This document shows positions 1 through 12,774 of a stretch of DNA of 64,000 nt, piece by piece. The DNA comes from Atractiella rhizophila (lineage: Eukaryota). Location of the stretch: positions 1-64,000 of the forward strand of contig MU271353.1 in NCBI GenBank assembly GCA_021432655.1. Direction: 5' to 3'. Both the position numbers and the translations under genes were made by a program. Below the pieces are notes generated by a model, which did not search any database, was not told where the DNA came from, and saw only the letters and a program-made list of their open reading frames with translations. Every line of letters starts with the position of its first letter. The first letter of the stretch is position 1.

Positions 1-274
1 AAGGCATCATGAACTCCTCTCAGCGGAATGAAGAAATAACACAAACCAGATATCAGCAATGTTCCTGGGTAGCTCGAACGCTGCCCGTAATAGAGAGCGC
101 CTAGTTCTCCGTGCACATGCTCTTCATTTGCTCTGTAGCGGGTCAAAGGAGCCTATGTGAGCGTTAGCTACGTTTATGACGTTCAAGAATACTTGCCATA
201 ACAATACGATGCTGAAGATTTAGCTTTCCGACTTGGGTAGCGGTAAAGAGGGCTTTAGAGTTGATGTTAGACAT
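1..274 (-). CDS. Old Yellow Enzyme (NADH:flavin oxidoreductase) paralog A, 5' part; continues beyond the left window edge
   Basis: ATG at 274 gives [26 protein letters not shown]/intron/[35 protein letters not shown], the typical OYE N-terminus (HRIVMAPLTR, YYxQR, GTLLI). Closely similar to 4365-4634. Confidence 0.9.
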
Positions 275-1351
275 TTTGTTGGATCTCAACTGAGTTGTGA
301 CAGTAGAATGGAATTGAGCGAATTGTCGAGGTAAACGCTCTAGTCTTTTATACGACGATACTTTCCCTTAGCGTTTATCTCCCTTGCTCTGATTACCAAC
401 ACACACTTGTCAGTCGTGTATCTAGACTACTGCTCCACTGGTAAACTCATTACGTGTTGATCAGCAGGATGGTCTACTCCATTTGGCGATGAATAAGCGA
501 AAGGTAGTTTTCATCGCATCCAAAGACGTGGTGCTGCTTTCCGTCTGAGAAATCTTCGCATGCTTCTCAGTAGAGGTGGTGCACAAAGGACGATATCGCT
601 AGGATTGGCCAGTCAGCACATTGACAGTCGGTGTTTAGCGAATACAACCTGTGATGGTATGAGCCAAGCCTCTGCAGAATTAACGCTTTCTCGGAGCAAC
701 GAAGTGTCCATCACGCAAGAAGCGGACTGACAACTGCCCTGCCCATTTACAGTGTTCAGGCGAGCCTCAGCCCTCCGCTAAACGGTGCGAAGAAAGTTCC
801 TGTTCATTAACTCCCATCAAGTTGACCTACGTGGACTCAGATTGCTAAGCTGAGAACGCTATTATGAGAATATAGGTAATTCAACGGTGAACGCGGGTGG
901 TACCGACTCTCGCTCGCAGAGTCGGAATATCACGGTCATCTGTCCTCCCCGAGACAGGAAATGCACAATGTGTTTTCGCCGCAGAATGCGGTAAATTACA
1001 CAAATGAATGAGCGATTCTAACGCAATAGAGCTAGTCGAGTCCCAGCCGTCGCTGACTTTTTTGATATTCAAGTGGACGTGAATGGGCATCTGTCGAAAG
1101 TCGCAGACCGAAAAATTCATCCACTTACCCTCATCAATTTGAAAAATCATTGGATGTCCCTTTTTCCTTTTTCGATGATCACAACACGTTATCCCCTTCC
1201 TCCCGACTTTTATGAATGTGGTTGCCAGTGCCTGAAGTTCAAAGTGGGAGAATGCAGCAAAGTGCATGTTATTATTGTCACATTGTCACATTCGCAAAAC
1301 GGGAGTAGCGGCTCGCGGTCACGAGTCAGATTAGCATGAAGGTATAGGTAT

Positions 1352-2357
1352 CTAAACAGGCTGTCCCTTCCCAAACATTTCCAAGACCCTCTCTTCCACC
1401 CCGTCACAAACCCAGCTCTGATGCACAAGCTCCAAATTTTCCCTCTCAGCATTGAAGAGCTTCTGAAAGTCCTGTTGCTGACCAGGCATCCCCATCGCCG
1501 CCATTCCACCCATAGGGCCCATGGCTTGCATATCCCTCGTGGAGTCGGCAGCTGCTCAAACAAACATTAGTGAAAGTTCACGACAGCACAAAAGGGGAGA
1601 AGACGAACCGTTCTCGTCACCTAGGATGAGACGGTAGATACTATTCAAGCCGACCAGATTGAGGAAGTACCAGCTGAGGGACGAGACCCAGGTTACATCC
1701 ATGTCGAGCGTGTCGATGCCCCGTTGTAGCATAGCCTTGAATTTGGCAGTGAGAGGGAACGGGAGTTTGACTGGCCACCACCGCCGAGTTTCATCCGTCA
1801 GCAACGGTAAGGCAAGAACAGGAAGCTATGAAAGAAGATAGAAACGAAAGCATACTTAGTACGAAGCCAGAAAAAAAGGCGTTGATCCAATACATCAATA
1901 TCTGTTGGGGGACCATCATGATCATCTGGCTCTTCAATCCTCCCAACATCCCATCCATCGCTCCAGGATCTGTGAGTGGATTAGGCGGTGGAGCAACTTG
2001 TCCATCCTCCCTAGGCGGTTCCTTCAAATACGTCCCCGCTTGGTAAGCATCCTGCAAATAGGTTTTCTGCGCTTCGAACATGGCGGGCGGTAGATGATTG
2101 GCGTTTTGACGAAGGATGTTGCCTCGGGTGAGCGCTCGTTGTTCCCGTAGAGCGGCGAGAGAAAGCTTTTTGGGAGGAGACTGTACGAGCAGGGTGACGT
2201 AGTGTCGAAGGATGCCAACGAGCAACATGACAATGAAAATGGGAAAGAGGACCCAGTCGCGAAGGGCCGGGTCGAGGTGCATGCTTTATGTAGACCAGAC
2301 AGGGGTTAGTGAAGGCGAGAGTAAAAAAGCGAACACGTACCTCTCTTGGGACACCAT
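1352..2357 (-). CDS. EMC3: ER membrane protein complex subunit 3
   Basis: Spliced product MVSQESMHLDPALRDWVLFPIFIVMLLVGILRHY...WINAFFSGFV...KLPFPLTAKFKAMLQRGI...DVTWVSSLSWYFLNLVGL...DFQKLFNAERENLEL; these are signature EMC3 motifs. Stop TAG at 1354-1352. Confidence 0.93.
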
Positions 2358-2557
2358 GGTATCCCGTTTTTCGTCTAAACTCAGCCCACTTCCCTTGCTA
2401 CTACAGTTTTTGGAGGGTTAAAAGGAGAACTGGCCCCTATACGTACCCGTATCGGTTTCGCCTGGAGGAGAGTAGAGGTGGTCACTTCCGGGGCCACTTT
2501 CCTTGTTGGAGCAATGCCGCCGCCAAGATCACCTGACATTTTCCGTATCGTTACTCA

Positions 2558-2800
2558 GGATTGCTCTGGCCTTAGCTTGTTCGCAGAGGTGATAGCTCGA
2601 GCTTTTGGCATTCGCAAAAGTGGTTCATTTGCTCTCCGATTTCTCTGAGCAACTGAATCAGCGAATTCCCACCTACACACAGTGTCTAGAACGTGCCTTT
2701 CCTTGCACAAGGAAACAGGTGTATTTGCCTCTCCCAGCTGTCCGTACTTTGAAAGTGCATATTTCGCATGTCGGAAGTTGAAGTCAACGTTCTTGTTTAG
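2558..2800 (+). pseudogene. Decayed copy of the 5' exons of the WD40 (TCAB1-like) gene at 5729
   Basis: Visible similarity to 5729-5982, e.g. cttttggcattcgcaaaagtggttc vs cttctggcgttcggcaaaatggtcc, and ttccttgcacaaggaaacaggtgtatttgcctctcccagctgtc vs tttcttgcacaacaagaagacagctgcatttgtctcttccagctgtc. The ATG is lost and indels are present. Confidence 0.7.
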
Positions 2801-3152
2801 AGATAATTTGTGCCATTTGTGACTTTGTATTCAATGCTCATGTTCATGACCCGCGACGCGTTAATGACTATTTTCTCAGAAAGCTTTCTTGTGCTTTATT
2901 TCCATACTCGTTCGATTACGGAAACAGGTTTCCACGTCATCGTAAGCAGTTCCAAATTGGATTTCCTCAGGAGACCTAGACGACATCAGCTACTGCCTGC
3001 TTGATGGGTTGATGGTCTATCGTTATTTAGGTAATGGAGGAGATGATAATGAGTTTCACATATTTTTTCCATCTCAGAACTTTGTGTATCTAGCTCTACT
3101 TTCTTTTGTACCTCTTCGTAACTTCCTCAAACTTTAGGGCCAGTAAAAGAAT

Positions 3153-4634
3153 CTAGATATCAACAACTTGATAATCCACATAACCCTCACGACCGGATCT
3201 AGATTGAAGACTTCAGCTGGGTTCTGAATAATACAGAAACGAGTGCTTACGTATAGAACGTATCTCTCGTATACTTCGTCAAGTTGTAATTGTTCCTGAC
3301 ACGTCTCGGGAGATCGGGCTGCCAGTTGCTATCAGAAGTTGAGATGAAGTGAAAATGAAAACGAACATTGCTGATGAAATATCTACCAAAGGCTATCAAG
3401 AGATTTTCGCCTTCGGCTTGTTCCACTTCCTTCACAGCCTCGGTAGGGCTAAAACCTCCTGCAAGGACGAGTGCACGCGGAGCCCATGCTTTCCTCAGCT
3501 CCATAAAGGTGTCATTTGCCTTGGCAGACGGTCCTACGGCTTTTTCGATATTTCCATCGATCCTAGGAGTGATGAGATGAATGTAGCTCAAGTCGGGGTA
3601 ATTCTCTTTGAGAAAGGAGATCAAGTGAGCCGTCTCCTTGCTACTATCCGCCATCCCTTGAAATTGTGTCAGTGAGACATCCAACAGGCGAAGGAAAGAG
3701 AGACCTCCAAAGCTACTATACGGGCTGAAGCGTATGGCAGTCTTCTCTACTCCCACTACAGAAACCACTGCGGCCAACACTTCTTTTACGATTCGAGCTC
3801 TATTTTCAATCGATCCTCCGTATTCATCGGTGCGGTTGTTAGACACTTCTTGCAGGAACTGATCAAGGAGGTAGCCATTCGCAGCGTGAATCTCAACCTG
3901 AGCCACAATGAGAACTCATTTCCATCTTACTCAACCAATGCGTACCCCATCGAATCCTGCCTCCATAGCATTGAGGGCGGCCTGTTTGTAAAACCCAATA
4001 TGTTGTTTAATCTCNNNNNNNNNNNNNNNNNNNNNNNNNNNNNNNNNNNNNNNNNNNNNNNNNNNNNNNNNNNNNNNNNNNNNNNNNNNNNNNNNNNNNN
4101 NNNNNNNNNNNNNNNNNNNNNNNNNNNNNNNNNNNNNNNNNNNNNNNNNNNNNNNNNNNNNNNNNNNNNNNNNNNNNNNNNNNNNNNNNNNNNNNNNNNN
4201 NNNNNNNNNNNNNNNNNNNNNNNNNNNNNNNNNNNNNNNNNNNNNNNNNNNNNNNNNNNNNNNNATCTTTTTCCATCCCGAAATTTGATCCTTGGTCCAG
4301 ATACCTGGGACAGTTCCCTCTCCTCCGGCTTCGCGGGCGATGAGGGTTGCCTCTGTCGCGAGGCATCAGTAAGTCTTTTCAGAGAAAGAAGAAATAACAC
4401 AAACCAGTGATTAGCAATGTTCCTGGGTAACCGGAACGCTGGCTATAATAGAGAGCGCCTAGTTCTCCATGCACATGCTCTTCATTTGCTCTGAAGCGGG
4501 TCAGAGGAGCCTTTCTGAGTGTTAGTTTCGTTTATGGGACTACCAAGAGGACATGCCATGACGATACGATGCTGAACATTCAGCTCTCCTACTTGGGTAG
4601 CCGTAAAAAGGGCTTCAGAATTGACGGTAGACAT
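3153..4634 (-). CDS. Old Yellow Enzyme (NADH:flavin oxidoreductase) paralog B; spans the assembly gap
   Basis: Motifs [21 protein letters not shown]...[28 protein letters not shown] (catalytic H-x-x-N-x-Y), [35 protein letters not shown]...GYVDY. Confidence 0.93.
4015..4264. other. Assembly gap (250 N)
   Basis: Run of N inside the OYE-B coding region; its size is compatible with the missing OYE segment. Confidence 0.99.
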
Positions 4635-5728
4635 TTCTTGGGATGTCAGATGAGTTTTGGAATCTGTACTTGAGGATGGTAGGAAGCTGTCGCGGCTCTT
4701 ATATAACAATCCTTGAACAGTGTCGTCGGGTTACTGATACATATTTGGTTTAGTCGTGGATATAGACCAGGGTATAGACTGCTCCACTTGTAACCCATCA
4801 TCAGCAAGATGGTCTGCTCCAGTTGTCGTTTAATAAGCGGAAGGTAGCAGTTTTGCACCGAACGAAGTGCTGGATGTGGTGCTAATTGCTGTCTAGAAGT
4901 TGTCGAGGTGAATTCAAGATAGAAGTGGTGCACACAAGGTCATGTTCGCTAGAATCGACCAGTCACCATTCAGCCAACAGACTTGTCAGTGACCTGTCTT
5001 TGCTGTTGAGAGAACTCTTTTGCCGCGCAAAGCTGGGACACCGCAGAGATACTCGACCAGCGTCTCCGATAGTTCAAGCAGATGTCAGCGCATGTCAGCT
5101 CCACTATCTTCACCTAGGGAAGATGACAACGGTCGGTACAAGCCCTCCCGCTTAAGCTGCCGTGGAAATTGCTAAGCTGAGTGTCGATAGGGCTAAAAGG
5201 GCAGCTACCAAACTGGCCGGACTGGGCCTGCACCACAACCTCTGACCTGACCGAAGCTGAGAGCGCCATTGTGCGAATATAGGCAAGTCAGCCCGATTTC
5301 GCGCTCGCTGTGGAAGGTCTCCCGCGGCAGCAATCCATGTCATCCGCGAAACATCAAACAGGAGAAACAGGGGGAAACGGAGGGACACTCAGAGAGCCGC
5401 TCATACGTTTTCGGTGGGCAATTTTATCTTCCGAGTAGGAGTTGTCTCACAAATTTAGATGGTCTCTCACCGCGACATCGAGGCGGGGAAGTTGTAGCAA
5501 AAGTCATGTATGGCTCACCGTTTACTCTGTAACCGCCGTCAATCATTGGATCAACCTGAACTGAAACTCCTTGTCCTCCCTCCCCCCATTGTGGCCGTTG
5601 TTGGTTATATAATCGATTTTGGATTTTGGTGTCATGTTGCATGTCGGCGTTACCATCGGTGTTGCTTCCTTTGCGGCGCAAGCGATCTCTTCATCTCTTC
5701 GTGAGTAGCTTGAGATAAGCACACCCTC

Positions 5729-7352
5729 ATGGATGCCTCAGGCCCTAAATTGCTCGCTTCTGCTGGCGCTCCAGCTCGCAACTTCTGGCGTTCGGCAAAA
5801 TGGTCCGTCTGCTTTCATGTTTCCGAGTTGTCGCTGAATAAACAACCTCCCATTGACCAGGTGTCCAGACGGCCAATCTTTTCTTGCACAACAAGAAGAC
5901 AGCTGCATTTGTCTCTTCCAGCTGTCAGTGCTTTCTGAAGCGCAAATTCACGACGAAGCTCAAGGTGTCCATATTTATTTAGGCCCACCTTCGATGACTC
6001 TGCGAAGAGGAACATAGTCGAGCTGGCCCTTCATTCCACCTTGCGAGCGCCGTCCCCGGTTACTTCATACGAATGGTATCCATTTGCGAGAGCGGAGGAT
6101 CCAGCCACGTATTGTTACGCGAGGGGTGTGGCGAACAGTAGCGTCGAACTCAGGGACGGTACAAGTGGCGCTGTTCGGCCCCTACTCTTTCACGGCTCCC
6201 GTTCGAGTTTCTTATCTGAACGCGTTGAGGGAGGATAGTTACGAGCCTCATATTCCATCGTCGACCACGTCGAACGGTTCGTCTCTCCTCACAGTCTCGC
6301 CTTCAGTCCAGACGGCACCAGGTGAGTTGAATCCACACTCGAACGCACCCACCAACAAAATGGGGACGAGACAGGTTATACTGCGGTCACTCTCACGCCA
6401 TTGACGTTTTCTCTCTCTCCTCTCCGGGCGCGACGTCGGAGCGAGTTTTCACGTCTCCTAGCAAGAAGAGCAAGGAAGGACAAAAAGGCATCATCTCCTC
6501 CCTCGCCTTCTCCCCTCTCTCCCCTTCCTATCTCGCCGCCGGATCGTACAGCGGCTCCATTGGCCTCTACGATTGCTCTTCTGGTCTTCCTGAGCTCGCG
6601 GGGTGCTTGAAAGAGGGAATTGCTGCAGGAGTTTCAGATGTACGTCTTCCACATCCAACTACAAAGAAAAGGGCTGAACTGAACTGGTGACTTTGCTGTT
6701 GATTGAATGGTTGATCAGGTCGCTTTTGATCCTCTCAGACATTGGATACTCTACTCAACGAGCAGAACAACAGAGACGGTCGACGTCTGGGACCTCCGGA
6801 ACCCTTATGATGGGCCGTTCGCGCGTTTGGTGAGGAAGGGAAGGACGAATCAAAGACTTGGATTTTCGGTGGAGGCGTCTGGAGGGGGTGTGGCTTTTGG
6901 GAATAAGGTGGGATCCCTTCTCTATCCTCTCTTTCTTTCGACTTGAATCTAAAACTGAAGAAATATGTGTGTCGTAGTTTGGGAGCGTATCTATACATCC
7001 GCTTCCACAGCCGTCTTTACCTTTATCAACCGAAGCGGTAGAAGAGGAAGAAACTGTGGAATTCGGAGCGCCTCAGAGCTGGAAAGCACACGGAGGTAGG
7101 CAGGAACCTTTTCTTCTTTCTCTTTTTTGGGTAGATTAGACGAATGACTGAGATGTGAGAACAGATGCGGTAGGCGCGACGGCTTTTCATCCTTCCCTGC
7201 CATTGCTACTCACATGCTCAGGATCGCGACATTTTGATTCTCCTGACGGGACTTATGAGTCTGAATCTGAAGAAGGGGAGACGGCGAGATTTACACCGAG
7301 GGCTCGGGATGCGACGATCAAAATATGGGATTTGGGGGTGAAGGCCACATAG
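5729..7352 (+). CDS. WD40 protein of the TCAB1/WDR79/Swt21 type
   Basis: NFWRSAKW/CPDG, YEWYPFA...DPATYCY, LRASYSIVDHVERFVSPHSLAFSPDGTRLYCG, VDVWDLRNP...RTNQRLGF, AFHPSLPLLLTCSGSRHF, DATIKIWDL match WDR79-family motifs. Confidence 0.8.
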
Positions 7353-7360
7353 TAAGGAAT

Positions 7361-8407
7361 CTATTCCTTCTTCGGAGCAGGAGTATGTGTCGGCAAAGCG
7401 ACCTCCGCTGCACCCTTCTCTGATTCCTCGAAGCTCTTCAAATACTCCTCCCACAACCCTTCCACCTCCTTCTTCTCGCCCAGGACCCTCTCCCAAATCT
7501 CATTTCCCCACTCCTTATCGCTCAACTCCAAATTCAAGTCCCTAACCACCTGGTCTCCACCGTACCGATGACAGAGGAAGTCGAGGAAGAAAGCAGTGCG
7601 CTCGTACCCTGCGTCCCACCGCGTACCTTTGGCCGGTTTGCGAGAGGACCAGTGGGGAGGATCGAGCGAGGAGCGGAGACGGACCCAGTCTGCTATGCCT
7701 TCGATTAGCCCGCCTGGCGCGGTGGACCGCCCGTTATGTTGGAAACAGTGGACCTGGTTTCGTCAAGTCAGATTGGCAGGTGTTGATTTGGTTTGGAGGC
7801 AAGGAGGGAAGGAAGGACAAACCATCTCGTGTACCAGGACACCTTTGATTTCTTGTGCTCGGAGGGAGGCATCGGTGTTCAGGATGTGGTTGAAATCGAG
7901 GTGGATCTCCTTGTCAGTGTTATCGACCATGTTTCCTGTGGTATATGCCACCCTGCCATCCATCTATCCATTAGCACCTTCCAACTCCTGTTGGCGTGAA
8001 TATGGCGAGAGAAAGAGAAGCGCACCCAGGACCTTCGCGGAGGTAGAGATGGATGTTTCGCACCTTCCCGACAGGTTCGAGCTCTGGGTACTTGTAGAGA
8101 TGCTCCAGGACTAGGTGGACACATTCCTCCATGACGGTGTGTGCGGAGGATCCGAGGGCAGAGAAGAAGGCGCCGACGCCTTCATGAGTTGCCTGCGTTG
8201 CTCCACGTGAGCATGGTCAATTGGTTCACGACTTCCAAGTGGTTTATTGTAATTTAATTGTTCAAGATGAAGATGTCCAAGAGGATGACAATGACGGAAG
8301 AGAAAGCGCACGGGATGGATGTGGAGATGCACGCTGCAGCCGTGCCATGGTGACTTGGGAGTGGGAGTGGGAATGGGCGTCATGTAGATTGGCTGATAGT
8401 TTGACAT
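7361..8407 (-). CDS. BSP (basic secretory protein)-family zinc metallopeptidase-like protein
   Basis: GVAYTTG...KEIHL...EIKGVLVHEM/VHCFQHNGRSTAPGGLIEGIADWVRL...WDAGYERTAFFLDFL, with HExxH split by an intron. Start exon inferred from splice signals. Confidence 0.85.
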
Positions 8408-8560
8408 CTTACCTCCTCCTGTTCGTTAAGGAAGGACACTTCAGAAGGCTGTGCAGTGAGCTACGGCATACTACGGCTAACTTCTGCCCGTGATCCACAC
8501 GTTCGTCACCTTTGTGATCTCTCTTCTACTCTTCCCACTTAAGTACTTAAGTCTGAAGGG

Positions 8561-11490
8561 ATGGCTCCAAACGCTCTCTCGACACGAGCGGATGCAAACG
8601 GAGTGGACAACTTCGACTCGATCATCACTCTAGTCGTGTTCCTCCTCACCAGTGCGTTTTACTTATCCCCGTATTATTACCACGATTAACTACCTCGTGT
8701 TATGGAATAGACATATGCGTCATCTTCCCCTTCCAACTTTCGCTGCCACTCCCACGCGCAGTACCGCACTTCCTCCTCACCACAGGCATCTCCCTCCGGC
8801 TCTTGCCTCCGAGCTGGACAGAGAAGAGCGTAAAGGAAGAGGAAGAGGAGCGCAAGGGGAAGAAGCTCATCCTCCCCTTCAACTTCATCACAGCACCCAT
8901 CATCGCCGTCCTCTTCCTGCTCGCCGTCCAAGCCATCGGCAGGAAGGAGCTCCATGATGGCATCATTGGAGCCAACAAGTTTGCCTTCTTCTCCTCTACT
9001 ATTCTCGTTTCATAGCTTACGTCGCTCATTATTGTAGTATAAAGCCATACGACATTATGGCTTTCTTCTTTTCTCTCGTTCGTTCTTCTATTATCACTTT
9101 CTTACGATACGATGCTCACCACGCATTTCCACAGGCATATCTCGCCATATCTCTGGACGCAACTGGTTCGCACATCTCTTCCTTTCTTCAGAATATCAAA
9201 TCAACAACCGATGACAATTGGGAATGACAGGATTCATCCGCTTCCTCGTCGTCTGGGTGGTAAAGAAGGGCGGGAAAGTAGGACACCAGCTTTTCTTCGC
9301 GCTCTACAGCTTCTTCTTCGTGCGTTTACCGTCATCTCTTCTTCTCTGTGCTCTCACTCATTTGATGGTGAACGACAACAGGTGCTCGGAACATTCATAG
9401 GAAACGTTTGTCCCAAACTCCTCTCCTGCTATGTATTGAAGAATGATGCGGAATGAAAGGACCCAATCATCCTTTCAGGCACGGCCTTCCTTGCCTACCT
9501 TACACGCGTATCGAGCAACATCAAGCATCCTCGAGCGTGGATATACTCGCAATTCGCAGTCGCCAACATCTGTTCGTCCCCTCTCTTCCCTTCATGCACC
9601 TACTTTTTCAGTATTGATTATTGTCTGATGTCTGGTGGTTCGGTGGGAGTAGCGAGCGCCATACTCGTATCTAGCAATCCCACCAACTTGGTCATTTCAG
9701 GAGCCTTCCAGATTGCGTTCATTGAGTATACCGCGAATATGGTCGTACCCGTACGTCTCTCTTCTTTCCGCTTCCAATCCTCAACTTTCCCTTGCTTCAC
9801 AAGTTTTATTTTTATTTTATGTACAAAGCCAACGCTGACGGCTATTCCAGGTGGTGTGCACGGCCATTATCCTCTTCCCCTTCCTGCTCTACATCATCTT
9901 CCCCTCCACCGACCTCATCCCTCTCTCTATCGATATCGTCGAAATGACGGCTGAGGAACGAGAAGCCTCCAACGTCGCAAGACCAGGGTTCTCCGCATCA
10001 GCCCAGGCGAAGGACGGGGAGGAAGAGGTGTTACCGCTCAGCGAGGTCTTCAACCCCTTCCTCGATAAGTCTGGCGCGTTGTTTGGGGGAGTCTTGATCG
10101 CTATCACTTTGGCCGTGTTGTTGGCTACCAACGCGGCGCACGTCACAGTCGGGGTGAGTCCGTTTTGTCCCCGTCTTCGTCCCATCTCCGCCAAGGTCGT
10201 AGACAGGACATATAGAGATAGGGAAGGTAGAAGCTGACAGGGTGAATGGCAGGTGTACGCTGTCACCGTTCCCGCAGGAACTTTGATGCTCGCTCGAGAC
10301 TTGGTCCATGATTGGATGCACCGAGAGGAAACCCGAGAGTTGGGGAGGAAGAATAGGGGAGAAGGGGACCCATCGAACGACGTAGAACAGGCGCGAGCGG
10401 CGACCGAGCAGGATGCAGTACTCATCGATGGCAACGGAGCGACATCTCATCCTCATCCTCCTCCTCAGGTACCAGACACCGAAACAGAAGCAGATCTTGG
10501 AGTCCCTACCAACTTAAACGTCGAGCCCCTTAGTGATTCTATCGCTTCGATGAAGAGCGACGAAAAGTATGCGTCCGTTCATATCTACCCACCCTCTCTC
10601 CCAGGCCAACGGACGGACGAGGCTCGAACTCATTCATACGGTGCGAATGGGGAGGTAAAGGCGAAGGGGGAACCATCCAACTTGTATTCTATCCTGAACT
10701 CCATGGCTACCTCCTTCGTCGACACTTTCGCCACCGTATGCGCCGTCATCTCCCATCTCCCATTCGCCCTCCTACCGTTCTCGTTCAGTATGTTCATCCT
10801 CGTCCAATCTCTCGCCAATTTGGGATGGGTCGAGATTTGGGCCAAGTGGTGGGAAGGTTGGGCGAATCGGACGGGAACGTTGGGGATCATTGGGGGTATG
10901 GGATTTGTTAGCGTCATCCTATGTAACGTATGTTCCCCTTCCCTCATCCCCATCTTTCTTCATAGTCTCTGCACTGCCTAACGTGGATCCAGTTTGCGGG
11001 CACGAATATCGGAGCGAGTATCCTGCTGTCGAGGATCCTCCAGAGCTGGCTGGCATCGAACCAAGTTTCAGATAGGAACAGAGATGCAGCCGTTCGTCCA
11101 CTGCCCCTCCCGTCCTTCTCCAAAGTGTGTGTGCTCACGAAAAGCAGATTTACGCTTTGACCCTTGGAGTCAACTATGGTGCATTTTCTGCCGTCTTCTC
11201 TGCCTCCCTCGCCGGACTCCTCTGGTGCGTCCCTTCTTCGAATCCTTTTCAGCTACGCTAAACGAATATGGTATAGGAGGGACATTCTGAGGAGAAAATA
11301 CATTCATGTCCGACGACTGGACTTTGCACGAATCAATCTCCCCATCATCGCTATCTGTAGTATGTTTTCTTTCGTCTCCCTATGATCTAATGCTGAAAAT
11401 GGACCAGTGACCGTAGGACTCAGCATCCTCACTGCAGAGGTCTACATCATCAAAGACGGAAAACTGCCTGACAATGTCAGCAAGCTTTAA
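8561..11490 (+). CDS. ArsB/NhaD-like anion (arsenite-type) permease
   Basis: Many TM segments; motifs PYDIMAFFFSLAYLAISLDATG, GNDPIILSGTAFLAY, ILVSSNPTNLV, LPFALLPFSFSMFILVQ, GTNIGASILL. Many short introns. Confidence 0.85.
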
Positions 11491-11870
11491 AACGACACAA
11501 AAGAACCATGTTGTCACTTCAAGTCATCTGTTTGCACCGTGACTTTCACAAAATTTGTCCATTGCATCCTCCTTCATGTCTTCGTTGTTGTATTACTACT
11601 GGACTGAATTTGTGTATATAATCAGCAACCTCAAATCCGTCTGCTTCAAATTGCATGTTCGAACGTTTAGATTCTGAAGCTGGCGCTTTTGTTGACACCG
11701 TCAGCTCGGAGCCCTGGTTAAAAGATAACCAATCACCACTGCCTTCGATAGTGTATCGTCTGACTTCAGTCAAGATACGGATTCCCACCATAAACGCCAT
11801 TTCACTTGAACGGGATAAGTTGGATAGATAGCCGAACTACCAGCTTGCATTACGATGAAAAATAATGTAC

Positions 11871-12644
11871 TCACCACTGCCAATGGTTAGTTGGCAGGGC
11901 CCACAACCGCACGTCATCCCTCACCACTCCTGCAGTCTGCTTGTTCTTTCCCACTCCACCCCTGAGCATTTTCCTAAACTTCTTCTCCTCCTTATCCCTT
12001 ATCTTCTCCTCCAAACTCCTCTCCTCACTCCAAGGTGTCACCTCGCAAATCTCCGCTCTGAACAGAGCACTTCTGTGGTGCAGCCTCCCAGAACGACCAC
12101 GTCCGTGTATCCGGATTCCCTTGCCCATTTGCGATTTTTGAACCCATGTACGACGGATGACGAGGTTGTTGATGCGCTCTTGAAGAGGGATGTCCGAATG
12201 AGGGAAGCGACGAATGTAAGCCATTTGCGCTTCTCTGAGACAGTCGGCAACGGGTCGGGCGATGCCTTTTTTGGAGTGTTCGGCTTGCACGATGGCTTTG
12301 GAGAGGTTGTGGACGGAGGCCATGAAGCGTGAAAACTCGTTGAGCTTTTGTGGAGACACAGCAAGCCAGTTGGTCTGCGCCCGGATCTAGAGCAAAAAAA
12401 AGTTCCCGTCTACACTTGTCCTATTACAAGAAAGGAATGGAAGACGTACGAAAGGCTCGCCGACGCGAGTGGGCTCTTGGATTTGCACCTGGCTTTTGGG
12501 AGGCGCCTCAGTCTTCAGCCAGCCGGGTCTTTCCCATTTCGGCAGAGGAGCACTGAGAGACGGAGACGGCGCTGCTGGCTCTTTTGCTGCCGAGTGCGCT
12601 GTTCGAAAAGTAGCAAACGTGCGTTTGAGAGGCAGTCTGAACAT
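11871..12644 (-). CDS. MRPL22: Mitochondrial ribosomal protein uL22m
   Basis: Arg-rich presequence MFRLPLKRTFATFRTAHS; uL22 core SPQKLN...QAEHSKKGIA...LVIRRTWVQK...IHGRGRSG. The 3' end may include one more tiny exon. Confidence 0.82.
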
Positions 12645-12774
12645 TGAAGTCGTGGATGGGAGAATAAGTCCTTCAAACCTTATCTAGGCTGTCAGTCGGA
12701 ACCGCTAGTTAGAGTTTTGGCTCTTTGTTTTTTTGCTATCCAAGGTAAGCGGGCAGGAGGCACATTTAGCAAGG

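Noticed and set aside
4007..4410. Long ORFs crossing the N run
   Set aside because: Artefacts of translating through the assembly gap.
5729..7352. Possible telomerase RNA near the TCAB1-like gene
   Set aside because: No CTAACCCTAA-type template noticed in the neighbouring intergenic DNA or long introns, and there is no reason to expect linkage.
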